Position numbers and translations under genes: made by a program. 64,000 bases of DNA from a virus: the IMG/VR virus record IMGVR_UViG_3300032242_002477, positions 10,581 through 74,580 of that record; one strand, written 5' to 3'. Of the stretch, positions 1 to 9,906 are shown one piece after another. The notes under the pieces are model-generated. The model did no database searches, had not been told where the DNA came from, and saw only the letters and a list, made by a program, of their open reading frames with translations. Each line of letters starts with the position of its first letter. The stretch's first letter is position 1.

Positions 1-1
1 T

Positions 2-277
2 AAGCCTTGGTCCGTTACCAATAGTAAATTTATCCCTGCACTTGACACGATGCGTAAAAAACACGACACTAACGGTCGTATAGAGGTTTTAGTTATGGAC
101 CAATTTTTTTCCAGCATTAACTTTGAAAAGTACGATGATGCTGAAGCTGTTTGGCGTTTATTTATATCTAGATTTCCAAATTTTGTTCAACGTGCTAAGT
201 TATCTATACTGCCCGAAGAAGTTTCAGATAAAGAGCTAGCTATTCAAACCAAATCTCGTTCATGGTTGGAGGATTAA
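2..277 (+). CDS. Partial ORF (5' truncated), possibly the C-terminus of a replication initiator
   Basis: Frame open from base 2; its stop overlaps the ATG of the DnaC-like gene; function inferred from position only. Confidence 0.45.
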   Translation, partial: KPWSVTNSKFIPALDTMRKKHDTNGRIEVLVMDQFFSSINFEKYDDAEAVWRLFISRFPNFVQRAKLSILPEEVSDKELAIQTKSRSWLED

Positions 278-966
278 TGTTTAAGTCAATAGACGTACCG
301 CTTCGTCGCCGTACTTGGATGCAGATTGCGGCGATTCCTAAAAATCGTATTGGTTGGGAGTTTGAGGATTGCAGCGACACTTCAGAAGAAGATATCCGTT
401 TAATTAAGGCTTGGATTCGTAAAGTAGAAAGTGGACATGTAATTCGCGCTGAAGGAGAAAAAGGTTGTGGTCGCGGGTTGCTACTATACGGAGAGCCAGG
501 GCACGGTAAAACCACCCTTTCATTGGTAATCTTGCAGGATTTGTTACTTCGTGTAACTCCCTCGGTGTTTGTTCCTGCAGAAAATAAGACTTTAGTTCGC
601 CCGTGTTATTTCATCACCTATAATGCTTTGTTAGATTTAAAAGGTTCAACAATGGATGACCCAACCTCTGAAGAATTAACTTTGTTTGATGGAATTATGG
701 GGAATTGCATTGACGACGCGTACAACATTCGTGTTTTAGTTATTGACGATGTAGGCAAAGAGCATAATTCTGGTTCTGGATGGCAAAAAACAATGTTGCA
801 TCATGTATTACGCACGCGGTTTAATAATGGTCTTCCTACTATCGTTACATCAAATCTTCCACCAGAAGCTTGGGATGCAACATATGGTTCTGCAACAGAA
901 TCGTTTGCCCGAGAAGCTTTTGTACCTATTGCATTAAAATCTCCTCAAGGAGATTTGCGAAAGTGA
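277..966 (+). CDS. DnaC/IstB-like AAA+ helicase loader
   Basis: Walker A GEPGHGKT, Walker B VLVIDDVGKE, R-FNNGLPTIVTSN motif; ATG at 277 follows GGAGG. Confidence 0.85.
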   Translation: MFKSIDVPLRRRTWMQIAAIPKNRIGWEFEDCSDTSEEDIRLIKAWIRKVESGHVIRAEGEKGCGRGLLLYGEPGHGKTTLSLVILQDLLLRVTPSVFVPAENKTLVRPCYFITYNALLDLKGSTMDDPTSEELTLFDGIMGNCIDDAYNIRVLVIDDVGKEHNSGSGWQKTMLHHVLRTRFNNGLPTIVTSNLPPEAWDATYGSATESFAREAFVPIALKSPQGDLRK

Positions 967-977
967 TGGAGGGTGCA

Positions 978-1271
978 ATGGACCAAGATGTAAAGCTAAT
1001 CCAAATATTTTTGGGGGCTTCGTCTACACCAGCAGTTTTTGAGGTTAGCACTACTCAAGATGGGGATTTAATATGTAATTGCCCTGGGTATAGAGGGCGA
1101 CGACGTTGTAAGCACGTTCAATTTGTACAGGCTAGAATAGATGGAAATAATGGTTCATATCCATTAGAAATTTCAAAACGAGCTACGCAAGAAGAAGCTG
1201 ATAAAGCCCAAACATCTACAGAACTTTTTAGAGAGTTCATTATTAAATTTGGAAAAATAGAGGTTTTTTAA
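978..1271 (+). CDS. SWIM zinc-finger protein
   Basis: CNCPGY...CKH SWIM signature. Confidence 0.7.
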   Translation: MDQDVKLIQIFLGASSTPAVFEVSTTQDGDLICNCPGYRGRRRCKHVQFVQARIDGNNGSYPLEISKRATQEEADKAQTSTELFREFIIKFGKIEVF

Positions 1272-1272
1272 A

Positions 1273-1677
1273 ATGTACAAAGGGGACTTAAGTAATGAGC
1301 TTACTAAACGTGTTTTAGTTACTACAGACATTGTGATAACTAAATACAAAACATTTACTAAAAAATTTAAAGTAATTCCTAAGATAAACAATTATTACAC
1401 GTTAAACAAAAAAGCTTTAAGTGGTTATTATTTGTTTGGCGATAGGACTCAGTTTACTTTAGAGTTAATTATGTTTGGTGATTCCCAAGAAGATTTAGAC
1501 GAAATTGTTGAGTACTTAGAAAACTCTGGTACTAATCCTTTTCGTTACGCCAACTTGTACGCTTCGCCCGCAGCTCTTGTAGAAGACTTGCCTTATAGAC
1601 CTGAAGTTGTGGGAGTTATAGATATACCTGAAAGACAATTACGATACGGACATTGGGGAATGGATTCAATACGATGA
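1273..1677 (+). CDS. Hypothetical protein
   Basis: 134 aa ORF packed tightly in the replication operon. Confidence 0.6.
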   Translation: MYKGDLSNELTKRVLVTTDIVITKYKTFTKKFKVIPKINNYYTLNKKALSGYYLFGDRTQFTLELIMFGDSQEDLDEIVEYLENSGTNPFRYANLYASPAALVEDLPYRPEVVGVIDIPERQLRYGHWGMDSIR

Positions 1678-2909
1678 ATAATGAAAAAAAATTATTAAGT
1701 AAAGCTATTTTAGGTCGTGACATTGTTCCACTATTAATGCGTAATGTAAACTTAAATTGGTTTGGCGACGACGACGACAAGCGTGTTTGGACTTTTGTAC
1801 GCGACCACTATTCAAAATATGGTGAATGCCCTACTCAAGATGTTATACACAATAACTACCCTACGTATGTTATTTTAGACAACGTATACGATAGTCTTGA
1901 TTACTTAATTGACTCTGTGGTTGAGCAACGTAGAAAGATTTCTACGGTAAACATGATTCGCGAGGCAGTTAACTCGATTGATAAAGACCAAAATCATGAA
2001 GATGCTTTATTAAAGCTTCAACGCGGATTAATTCGTTTAGAAGATGATGGCTTAAGTGGTAGCACTGATATTGATTTAACCAAAGACCCCCTGCGTAGAT
2101 GGGATGATTATTTAGAGCGTAAAGATTTACCTAATGGTTTGCGAGGAATTCCTACGGGATTTCCCACAATTGACCAAGCAACCAGCGGTTTGCAAAACGG
2201 GCAGCTTGTGGTAATTATTGCTCCGCCTAAAACAGGTAAGTCAACACTTGCTTTGCAAGTAGCTCTAAATTTACACCGCGAGCATGGAAAAGTTCCTATG
2301 TTTCAGTCTTTTGAGATGAGCAACATAGAGCAAGAAAACCGCTATGATGCTATGCGTTCACTTATTTCTCATCACCGTTTACTTACAGGTACTTTAACTC
2401 AAGATGAAGAAGCTAGATATAAGAAGATTCTTGAGGGCTTAGAAAAAATAGACCATAAATTTTGGTTAGTTGATTCCGCAGCTGGCTCAACCGTTTCAGG
2501 TATCGCAAGCAAAATTCAAACATTACAGCCTGATATTGTATTTATTGATGGTGTCTACCTCATGATAGACGAGCAGTCTGGTGAGGCTAATACCCCACAG
2601 GCATTGACAAATATTACTCGCTCCTTAAAACGTTTAGCTCAGCGTTTTAACAAGCCAATAGTCATCACTACCCAGGTCTTGACTTGGAAAATGAAAAAAG
2701 GTAATGTTACCGCCGACTCAATTGGTTATTCATCTTCATTTTTTCAAGACGCGGATATCATCTTAGGCTTACAACGTGAAGATGAGAATGTTGATGACAC
2801 TCGTTTACTTAAGGTTGTTGCCAGCCGTAACTCTGGCCCAGCTGAGGTAACCTTAGAATGGCAATGGAACGAAGGTCGTTTCCGAGAAATGGATGCAGGT
2901 GATTTATGA
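1674..2909 (+). CDS. dnaB: DnaB-like replicative helicase
   Basis: GIPTGFPTID, Walker A APPKTGKST, IVFIDGVYL, LKRLAQRFNKPIVITTQ, FQDADIILGL motifs. Confidence 0.92.
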   Translation: MNNEKKLLSKAILGRDIVPLLMRNVNLNWFGDDDDKRVWTFVRDHYSKYGECPTQDVIHNNYPTYVILDNVYDSLDYLIDSVVEQRRKISTVNMIREAVNSIDKDQNHEDALLKLQRGLIRLEDDGLSGSTDIDLTKDPLRRWDDYLERKDLPNGLRGIPTGFPTIDQATSGLQNGQLVVIIAPPKTGKSTLALQVALNLHREHGKVPMFQSFEMSNIEQENRYDAMRSLISHHRLLTGTLTQDEEARYKKILEGLEKIDHKFWLVDSAAGSTVSGIASKIQTLQPDIVFIDGVYLMIDEQSGEANTPQALTNITRSLKRLAQRFNKPIVITTQVLTWKMKKGNVTADSIGYSSSFFQDADIILGLQREDENVDDTRLLKVVASRNSGPAEVTLEWQWNEGRFREMDAGDL

Positions 2910-3028
2910 GCATTTCCGAACGCATGAAGCGCGTACTAGAGCTTCGTCGTTCGTCTGCCTCCACACCAGTAAAGAATAAAAAGAAATACACACGCAAAAA
3001 AAAGTATAAGGGGAAAGATGACGATTGA
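2906..3028 (+). CDS. Small basic protein (MSISERMKRVLELRRSSASTPVKNKKKYTRKKKYKGKDDD)
   Basis: 40 aa ORF absent from the ORF track; overlaps the dnaB stop (ATGA) and the primase start. Confidence 0.6.
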   Translation: MSISERMKRVLELRRSSASTPVKNKKKYTRKKKYKGKDDD

Positions 3029-3947
3029 AGATATGCAGGAGCTACTTGACCGACTAGGTGTTGAGTACTACAACACTAGAGGTTCAGAGATTCAAGGGGC
3101 TTGCCCTGCTCACTTTCAACGCACTGGGCATGAAGACCACAATCCTTCTTGGTGGATTAACTCCGAGACTGGTGCTCATATCTGTTTTTCTTGCCATTTC
3201 AAGGGAGGATTGCAGTCTCTTGTTTCTTACGTAAATGGTATAGACTTTGAACAGGCTAAAGATTGGTTGTCTCAAGGAGAGACCAACCTAACTAAGGCAT
3301 TAGAACGCCTTGAAAAAAAGAAAGAACCAGTATTTAAAGATGTTCCAGAGTTAACTGAGGCAAATCTTGCGGCTTTTATTTCCCCTCCGCAAGATATGTT
3401 GAAGGAGCGCGGCCTTACTGCCGAGGCCGCCTCTTTCTACGGTATTCAATGGGATAAACAAAAAAATTGTTGGATTTTACCGATTCGTGACCCGTTTACT
3501 GGAAAGTTATGGGGTTGGCAAGAAAAAGGTTCTAACCGTTATTTTAAAAATTACCCTACAGGCGTTCAAAAAAGTCAAGCATTATTTGGTTATGGAAATT
3601 ATTTAACGGGAACGATGATTGTGGTCGAGTCCCCATTAGATGTGGCCAGACTCTTGTCTGTAGGGATTACAGGGGGAGTTTCTACATACGGGTCTGCTAT
3701 ATCTGTTACCCAACTTAATTTAATACGTGGAGCTGAAAATATTATATTTGCAATGGACAACGATGATTCTGGCCGTTCTTCTTCTGAGAATTTACTTCAA
3801 TGGTCAATTAAGCTAGGGTTTGAGGCACGATTCTTTAATTATAAAGATATAGACGTTAAAGACATAGGTGGAATGAGTAAGGCAGAGATTTTGATGGGAT
3901 TAGAGTCGGCAAAACATTCGATATTAGGAGAGAAGGCGCTTTGGTGA
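3018..3947 (+). CDS. dnaG: DNA primase (CHC2 zinc finger plus TOPRIM)
   Basis: CPAH..HEDHNPS..CFSC zinc-binding domain; VVESPLD and MDND TOPRIM motifs. Confidence 0.9.
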   Translation: MTIEDMQELLDRLGVEYYNTRGSEIQGACPAHFQRTGHEDHNPSWWINSETGAHICFSCHFKGGLQSLVSYVNGIDFEQAKDWLSQGETNLTKALERLEKKKEPVFKDVPELTEANLAAFISPPQDMLKERGLTAEAASFYGIQWDKQKNCWILPIRDPFTGKLWGWQEKGSNRYFKNYPTGVQKSQALFGYGNYLTGTMIVVESPLDVARLLSVGITGGVSTYGSAISVTQLNLIRGAENIIFAMDNDDSGRSSSENLLQWSIKLGFEARFFNYKDIDVKDIGGMSKAEILMGLESAKHSILGEKALW

Positions 3948-4471
3948 TTATTGGACTATCAGGATACGCACAGGCTGGAAAAGACACAGTTGCAAAGTAT
4001 TTAATTGAGGAGCACGGATTTGAGCGCATAGCATTTGCTGACACTATTCGCGACATTCTTTGGGAGATGAATCCCTTATTAGGAGATGATTTACATTTAC
4101 AAACCGTAATTGATGACTATGGTTGGGATGTAGCAAAAACTAAGTTTCCAGAAGTTCGTCGTTTACTTCAAGAAATAGGTGTTAGCGCAAGAAAGTATTT
4201 AGATGAAAACATTTGGATTGCTGCTGCTTTGAGAAAGATAGACAGCGAAGGTAACTATGTTATTACTGACGTTCGTTTTGCAAACGAAGCCGTTATGGTG
4301 CGTCAACTTGGAGGACGAGTATGGCGCGTAGAACGCCCTGGGGTATACGCCGTAAACAATCACGTATCAGAAAATGATTTAGTTGGTTGGAAGTTTGATG
4401 CTTACCTACTTAACTTTGGAACTATAGAAGAATTAAACGAGTCTGTTAAGGCTTGCTTAGAGCTCGTATGA
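3944..4471 (+). CDS. Deoxynucleoside monophosphate kinase
   Basis: IIGLSGYAQAGKDT, RRLLQEIG, VITDVRFANE, HVSE motifs. Confidence 0.9.
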   Translation: MIIGLSGYAQAGKDTVAKYLIEEHGFERIAFADTIRDILWEMNPLLGDDLHLQTVIDDYGWDVAKTKFPEVRRLLQEIGVSARKYLDENIWIAAALRKIDSEGNYVITDVRFANEAVMVRQLGGRVWRVERPGVYAVNNHVSENDLVGWKFDAYLLNFGTIEELNESVKACLELV

Positions 4472-6057
4472 CTTTTAAAGGTACCTTACTTCCATATCAA
4501 CCTGAGGCCGTTGAGCTTATGTGCAAACGTAAAAAGGTTTTAGTGGCGTACGATTTAGGGCTTGGTAAGACGGTATTAACAATTGCCGCAATTGAACGCC
4601 TTATGGATGAAAAGAAAATAAAAGAACCTGGTCTTGTTATTTGCCTTTCAAGTATTAAGTATCAGTGGCATAATCAAATTGCAAAATTTACTGAGAGTAC
4701 TTCTAAGTCCATAGTTATTGACGGAACAAAAGCTAAACGTGAAAAACAATATGCCGAAGCACTTGACTGGGAAAACAGTGGCATTGACTACATTATTATG
4801 AACTACGAACAAGTGGTCAACGATTGGGATATTGTAAAGAAACTTCCTCGTGGCTTTGTGGTGTTAGATGAAGCCACTGCTATTAAGTCTTTTCGTTCTA
4901 AACGTTCTAAGCATGTTAAGCGTTTAATTAATGCTCCGTTTAAATACGCGTTAACAGGCACTCCTATTGAGAACGGAAAACCCGAAGAACTGTTCAGCAT
5001 AATGCAGTTCGTTGACGATACTGTGCTTGGTAGATTTGATATCTTTGATAAGGCTTTTATTATCCGCAACAACTGGGGTGCCGTGGAAAGATATCGCAAC
5101 CTTCCAGTGCTTCACGAAAAGCTAAAAGAAGCTTGCGTAAGAAAAGCGCAAAAAGACCCCGATGTGGCGCCGTACCTTCCAGACGCAATTCATAAAGACC
5201 CAATTACTATCACTTTAGACCGTAAGACCGCCAAGCTGTACGGAGTTATCTTGAACGACCTACTAGCTGACTTGGACGACGCACAAAACCTATTTGGTAA
5301 ATCTTTTAATATTTTTGCTCACTATGGTCTGGAATCGGGATACGGCGGTGAGGCCGAAGAGATTCGGGGAAAAATTATGGCTAAGGTTGGGTGCCTAAAG
5401 ATGCTGTGTGCCCACCCAGACCTACTTAAAACTAGCGCTCATAAATACGACATGATGACTGGTGAAGGGTCCAAATATGCCTATGAATTGGTTCAAGAAG
5501 GGTTCTTAGACGGCCTAACTTCGTCCCCAAAGTTTGACTACCTCATTGAGTATGTAAACGATTTTTTGGACGAAAATGAAAACAATAAAGCAGTAATATT
5601 CGTCACATATGTTGACATGCTGGACAAGATTGCCGATACTTTAGGCAGAGATAAATGCGTAGTTTATTCGGGCAAATTAGATGCTCAGACTAAAGAGGAG
5701 AACAAAATTGCTTTCAATACTGAGCCTTCTACTCGGGTACTTGTTTCTAGCGATGCTGGTGGTTACGGCGTTGATTTGCCCGCTGGAAATCTACTTATCA
5801 ATTACGACCTACCGTGGTCGGCAGGCCTTGCCACACAAAGAAACGGACGTATCAAAAGAGCCTCGTCAACCTGGGAAACCATTGTAATTCAAGACATTTT
5901 AGTTGCGGGGTCCATCGAAATTCGACAGCATTCGATGCTAAACCAAAAGAATGCGGTAGCAAATGCCGTATTAGATGGGGAAGGCATAAATGAAGAGGGC
6001 GGCGTTACTATGTCTGTGGGCAGTTTGAGCGGATTCTTGCGCTTAATGTCCGTATGA
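4468..6057 (+). CDS. SNF2-family (SF2) helicase
   Basis: DLGLGKT, VVLDEA, ALTGTPIEN, SDAGGYGVDL, QRNGRIKR motifs. Confidence 0.9.
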   Translation: MTFKGTLLPYQPEAVELMCKRKKVLVAYDLGLGKTVLTIAAIERLMDEKKIKEPGLVICLSSIKYQWHNQIAKFTESTSKSIVIDGTKAKREKQYAEALDWENSGIDYIIMNYEQVVNDWDIVKKLPRGFVVLDEATAIKSFRSKRSKHVKRLINAPFKYALTGTPIENGKPEELFSIMQFVDDTVLGRFDIFDKAFIIRNNWGAVERYRNLPVLHEKLKEACVRKAQKDPDVAPYLPDAIHKDPITITLDRKTAKLYGVILNDLLADLDDAQNLFGKSFNIFAHYGLESGYGGEAEEIRGKIMAKVGCLKMLCAHPDLLKTSAHKYDMMTGEGSKYAYELVQEGFLDGLTSSPKFDYLIEYVNDFLDENENNKAVIFVTYVDMLDKIADTLGRDKCVVYSGKLDAQTKEENKIAFNTEPSTRVLVSSDAGGYGVDLPAGNLLINYDLPWSAGLATQRNGRIKRASSTWETIVIQDILVAGSIEIRQHSMLNQKNAVANAVLDGEGINEEGGVTMSVGSLSGFLRLMSV

Positions 6058-6064
6058 TTTAACC

Positions 6065-6217
6065 ATGCCTAACGCACCTAAGACACCTACGCGCACTATC
6101 CGCGTCTCGGACGAGCTCTGGACAGCCGTACAAAAGAAGGCTGCCTCTGAGAAGGTCACCGTTACCAGCGTCATTATTGAGGCGCTAGAGGCTTATTTAG
6201 ACCAAGTTGACAACTAG
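6065..6217 (+). CDS. Ribbon-helix-helix (Arc-like) DNA-binding protein, probably leaderless
   Basis: MPNAPKTPTRTIRVSDELWTAVQKKAASEKVTVTSVIIEALEAYL; TATGAT ends 6 nt before the ATG. Confidence 0.75.
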   Translation: MPNAPKTPTRTIRVSDELWTAVQKKAASEKVTVTSVIIEALEAYLDQVDN

Positions 6218-6236
6218 TATTTACCTCCACTAATGT
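6207..6236 (+). promoter_or_regulatory. SigA-type promoter TTGACA-N18-TAATGT
   Basis: Perfect -35 and TANNNT -10, upstream of an AAAGGGG RBS and the ATG at 6258. Confidence 0.7.
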
Positions 6237-6257
6237 CTCCCCTTGAAAGGGGTAATC

Positions 6258-6662
6258 ATGACATTAGATACCAACAACTTAAAGCGCGAAGTGCAGCAAT
6301 ACGCTGCCCTTAAAGAGCAAATTTCTCAGTTAACAAAGCGCCAATCTGAAATAAAAACTCGCCTTATTGATACTCTTAAAGAGTACGGCGAAGAAGATTC
6401 CAAAGGACATATCGTTCTTGATGTGAACGATGAGGTTTCTGGCATTCAAAAACTTACTCATCAACGCAAAGTATCAAAGCAATTTGATGAGGATGTTGCT
6501 GAAGATATACTTACAGATAAAGGGATTTATAAGCAGTGTATTCAAGTTGTTGAAGTGCTTGATGAAGCTGCTATTATGGCTGCGTATTACCAGGGCACTT
6601 TAACTGAAGCCGATATTGATAATATGTTCCCATCTAAAGTTACTTACGCATTTATCGCATGA
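6258..6662 (+). CDS. Hypothetical phage protein with N-terminal coiled coil
   Basis: ORF with promoter and RBS. Confidence 0.65.
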   Translation: MTLDTNNLKREVQQYAALKEQISQLTKRQSEIKTRLIDTLKEYGEEDSKGHIVLDVNDEVSGIQKLTHQRKVSKQFDEDVAEDILTDKGIYKQCIQVVEVLDEAAIMAAYYQGTLTEADIDNMFPSKVTYAFIA

Positions 6663-7132
6663 CCGAAGATTTTATTGACGCCACGTTTGCTGACCTGTAC
6701 TATCCAGGCAGTAAACGTAAACGTCGTGAACCCGTAACTAAGGTTGTAGAAGATACGACTTGGGATGCAAAGGGTTTTAAGAAGACTTTGCCAAATGGTA
6801 AAGAAGTTGATATGTTTACTATTGGTGCGTTAGCGGATGCTTTAGGGCGTCCGATTATCACACTAAGAAAATGGATGGAAGAGGGTTACTTACCTACGTC
6901 TCCTTACCGATTGCCAGCAAAAGTTGACAAAAAAGGAAAAGTAGTGCAAGGTAGACGCTTGTATACCCGTCCAATGATTGAAAAAGCTGTCGAGCTCTTT
7001 TCTAAAGCTGGCGTATTACACGCAAAGCGTATAGAATGGTCCTCGCATCAGAAGCTCTCCAAAGAGATTTCTGATTCTTGGAGTAATATCCAAGCAATGG
7101 AAACGGAAACAATAGAAACAACGGATAGATAA
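6659..7132 (+). CDS. MerR-like HTH DNA-binding protein
   Basis: FTIGALADALGRPIITLRKWMEEGYLP...GRRLYT. Confidence 0.75.
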   Translation: MTEDFIDATFADLYYPGSKRKRREPVTKVVEDTTWDAKGFKKTLPNGKEVDMFTIGALADALGRPIITLRKWMEEGYLPTSPYRLPAKVDKKGKVVQGRRLYTRPMIEKAVELFSKAGVLHAKRIEWSSHQKLSKEISDSWSNIQAMETETIETTDR

Positions 7133-7141
7133 GGAAAATAA

Positions 7142-7828
7142 ATGGCCGTAAACCGCCAGGCGCCAAGCGTCGAAGAATATCTGATTGAGAACGAAGATTT
7201 CTCAATTGATGACCGTCCAGTGTCTTCTGTAAAGCAGACAACATCACCAACAACTGCAGTAGGAGAAGGTTGGGATGCGGGCGATAGCTTAAGCACTCCA
7301 GCAGGAGATTATCCTGTTGAAATGAAACTTAATGAAGACTTTCAAGTAATTAAGTTTCTTGACCCAGACGGTCCTTTTGCAACATATAAGCAACACTTTT
7401 TGTCACAGAAGACCGTAGGACGCCGTTCGTACATCTCACTTGGTGCGGATGACCCACTAGCTATTAAACTTAATAGCAAGCCTGAAGATAAGCGTGCGTT
7501 TACTGTCGCTAATCTCAGCGCGGTAGGTGGTGCTCAACGCCAGATGTTGATTGCAACTCCACGTCTATATAAAACATTGCATGCTGCACACTTCTCTCCT
7601 CAAGGACCTTTGAATAAGGTTTATTGGGCGATTAGTCGTACAGGAAAAATGCAACAAACTGTTTATCACCTAACACCAATCAAGGGTCGTGACCTCATGG
7701 AGGACTGGGCTATTGACGAGGCAGAAGCTGAAGCCGCAATTAAAGATATGACGTGCTATACACGCGCTGATATCAAAACCCATTCATGGGAAGAGTTGGA
7801 TGAAATTGCCAACTCATTGTTGGGCTAA
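7142..7828 (+). CDS. Probable single-stranded DNA-binding protein (gp32-like)
   Basis: Located before polA; VIKFLD..PFATYKQHF and SRTG..QTVY motifs; acidic C-terminus. Confidence 0.55.
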   Translation: MAVNRQAPSVEEYLIENEDFSIDDRPVSSVKQTTSPTTAVGEGWDAGDSLSTPAGDYPVEMKLNEDFQVIKFLDPDGPFATYKQHFLSQKTVGRRSYISLGADDPLAIKLNSKPEDKRAFTVANLSAVGGAQRQMLIATPRLYKTLHAAHFSPQGPLNKVYWAISRTGKMQQTVYHLTPIKGRDLMEDWAIDEAEAEAAIKDMTCYTRADIKTHSWEELDEIANSLLG

Positions 7829-7840
7829 AGCAAACTAGAT

Positions 7841-7911
7841 GTCTAAAGGTTGGGCGCGTGTTTCCCCCTTTCTTCGCGCTCAGCCTTTAGACCTTAAAGG
7901 GGATAAACATG
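7841..7911 (+). promoter_or_regulatory. 18-bp RNA stem-loop with anti-SD loop before polA (putative pseudoknot)
   Basis: 7841-7858 pairs with 7875-7892 (two G-U pairs); loop TGTTTCCCCCTTT is complementary to the RBS region AAAGGGGATAAACA. Confidence 0.6.
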
Positions 7912-9906
7912 AACATTATTACGACAAAAGAACAATTAAATGAATTCGTTCAGCACTATTCAACTGTAGATGCTTTTGCATATGACGTTGAAACTGTTGG
8001 CGATAGACGTGGTGACACGCCTTTAAATCAAGTTCTGTGGATTACATTTGCAACACACGGAAGAACCGACGTAATCCCCATGGGTCACCCACATGGCGAA
8101 TTAATGGACACTGTTTATCCTCTTACTGGCCAAGGCGAAAAACGTGTAGAAAAAGGTTTAACTGCACGTCCTAGCGATTATTCTCGAGACATTAAAAAAG
8201 CCACACAATTATTTTCAGACGCACCTGCTCAGTTATTCCCAGCAGAAGTATTTACCGCTATAAAGCCTTTAATGTTTAATCCCAACATACTAAAAGTTGG
8301 TCACAACCTACTATTTGACTTGACCTCTGTTGCCAAATACTTAGGTGGCGAGGTTCCTGTTGGTCCTTACTTTGACACCATGATTGGTTCGTTTGTTTTA
8401 AGCAATAAAAACAAGCACCATGTGGGCCTTGATGATTGCCTTAAACGCGAGTTCGGTTACGAAATGGTAAAAGGTGTGGGTAAAGAGGTTGAAAAGTACG
8501 CTTTCTCAGTAGTTGCTAAGTATGCTTATTTAGACGCTAAGTACACGTTTTTACTTTGGAAAAAAATTGCGCCTTTACTTACGGAGTCTAAGTTAGATAA
8601 CGTAATGAAATTAGAAATGGATGTTCTTGTTGTATTATGCGATATGAAGTTATCTGGAGCTCCGATTGATACAGGTCTATTGTCTGATTTACACGACAAG
8701 CTACTTGTCGATATTGAGGCAGCCAAAGCTGAGATTTACAAAGTAGCTGGGCGTCAATTTAATATTAACTCTAACCAAGAAAAACAGTATTTACTCTACT
8801 CAGCTAAGAAAGATGGAGGACGCGGGCTTTCCCCTAAAATTTTAACCCCTAAAGGTATTAAAAAAGACCAAGAAGGCAAAGATTTAGAATATTTAGATTA
8901 TTCCGTATCTGCTGAAGCTTTAGAACATTACCGTGACTCTGACCCACTTGTAACTGCGATTCTTAATTATTCTGATTTAAATAAATTGTTAACTACATAT
9001 GTAATTCCATATTTGGGCGGTTCAGTTACGCATGTTACAGGCGGTAAAGCTAAGACTGAATACAAGGAAAGTCTTTTAATTAATGGCCATATTCATGGAG
9101 ATTTTGTTCAACATGGTGCAGAAACTGGTCGTTTTTCTAGTCGTAACCCTAATCTTCAAAATATCCCTAATCCAAAGAAAAGCGATATTGGGCGTGAGAT
9201 TCGTAACTTATTTTGTGCTCCTTCAGGTTATAAATTAGTAGTTGCTGATTACTCACAAATTGAACCTAGAGTTTTAGCTTCCATGGCTCAAGACCCGATT
9301 CTTATGTCTACGTACACCACACCAGGGGTCAAAGGCGACATTTACACAACTATTGGCGATACTATGAACGTAACTCGTGACGCAGGTAAGGTTTTAGTGT
9401 TATCTCTTATGTATGGAGTAGGTCCAGACAAAATTTCAAAAACTATTGGCTGTACGGTTCAGGAAGCTAAAGACCTACTTAACCGATTTTCTAAACAATT
9501 TCCTTCAGTAACTAAATACCGTATGAAAGTTATCCAAGCAGTTCGTGAAAGCGACTCAAAAAATCCTTATATTCACACCTTATTAGGTCGTAAGCGTTAT
9601 TTATCCGAAATTAATTCCCGAGATAATGGTGAAAGAGCCGCTGCAGAACGTCAGGCTTTTAATACAAGAATTCAAGGCTCAGCTGCGGATATCATTAAAT
9701 TGGCTATGGTTCGCGCACACGCTATGCTTCCTACTGAGTCAAAATTGATTTTAACTGTTCACGATGAACTTGTTACTCTTTGTCCAGACCATTTAGTTAC
9801 AGAAACAGAGAACGCAATTAAAGAAGCTATGGAAGGAATCAATGTGTTAAAGGTACCGCTGATAGCTGAGATGGCAACCGTACAAAGTTGGGGAGAAGCA
9901 AAATGA
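7909..9906 (+). CDS. polA: Family A DNA polymerase (3'-5' exonuclease plus polymerase)
   Basis: DVET, GHNLLFD, YAYLDA, TGRFSSRNPNLQNIP, ADYSQIEPR, QGSAADIIK, VHDE motifs. Confidence 0.95.
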   Translation: MNIITTKEQLNEFVQHYSTVDAFAYDVETVGDRRGDTPLNQVLWITFATHGRTDVIPMGHPHGELMDTVYPLTGQGEKRVEKGLTARPSDYSRDIKKATQLFSDAPAQLFPAEVFTAIKPLMFNPNILKVGHNLLFDLTSVAKYLGGEVPVGPYFDTMIGSFVLSNKNKHHVGLDDCLKREFGYEMVKGVGKEVEKYAFSVVAKYAYLDAKYTFLLWKKIAPLLTESKLDNVMKLEMDVLVVLCDMKLSGAPIDTGLLSDLHDKLLVDIEAAKAEIYKVAGRQFNINSNQEKQYLLYSAKKDGGRGLSPKILTPKGIKKDQEGKDLEYLDYSVSAEALEHYRDSDPLVTAILNYSDLNKLLTTYVIPYLGGSVTHVTGGKAKTEYKESLLINGHIHGDFVQHGAETGRFSSRNPNLQNIPNPKKSDIGREIRNLFCAPSGYKLVVADYSQIEPRVLASMAQDPILMSTYTTPGVKGDIYTTIGDTMNVTRDAGKVLVLSLMYGVGPDKISKTIGCTVQEAKDLLNRFSKQFPSVTKYRMKVIQAVRESDSKNPYIHTLLGRKRYLSEINSRDNGERAAAERQAFNTRIQGSAADIIKLAMVRAHAMLPTESKLILTVHDELVTLCPDHLVTETENAIKEAMEGINVLKVPLIAEMATVQSWGEAK

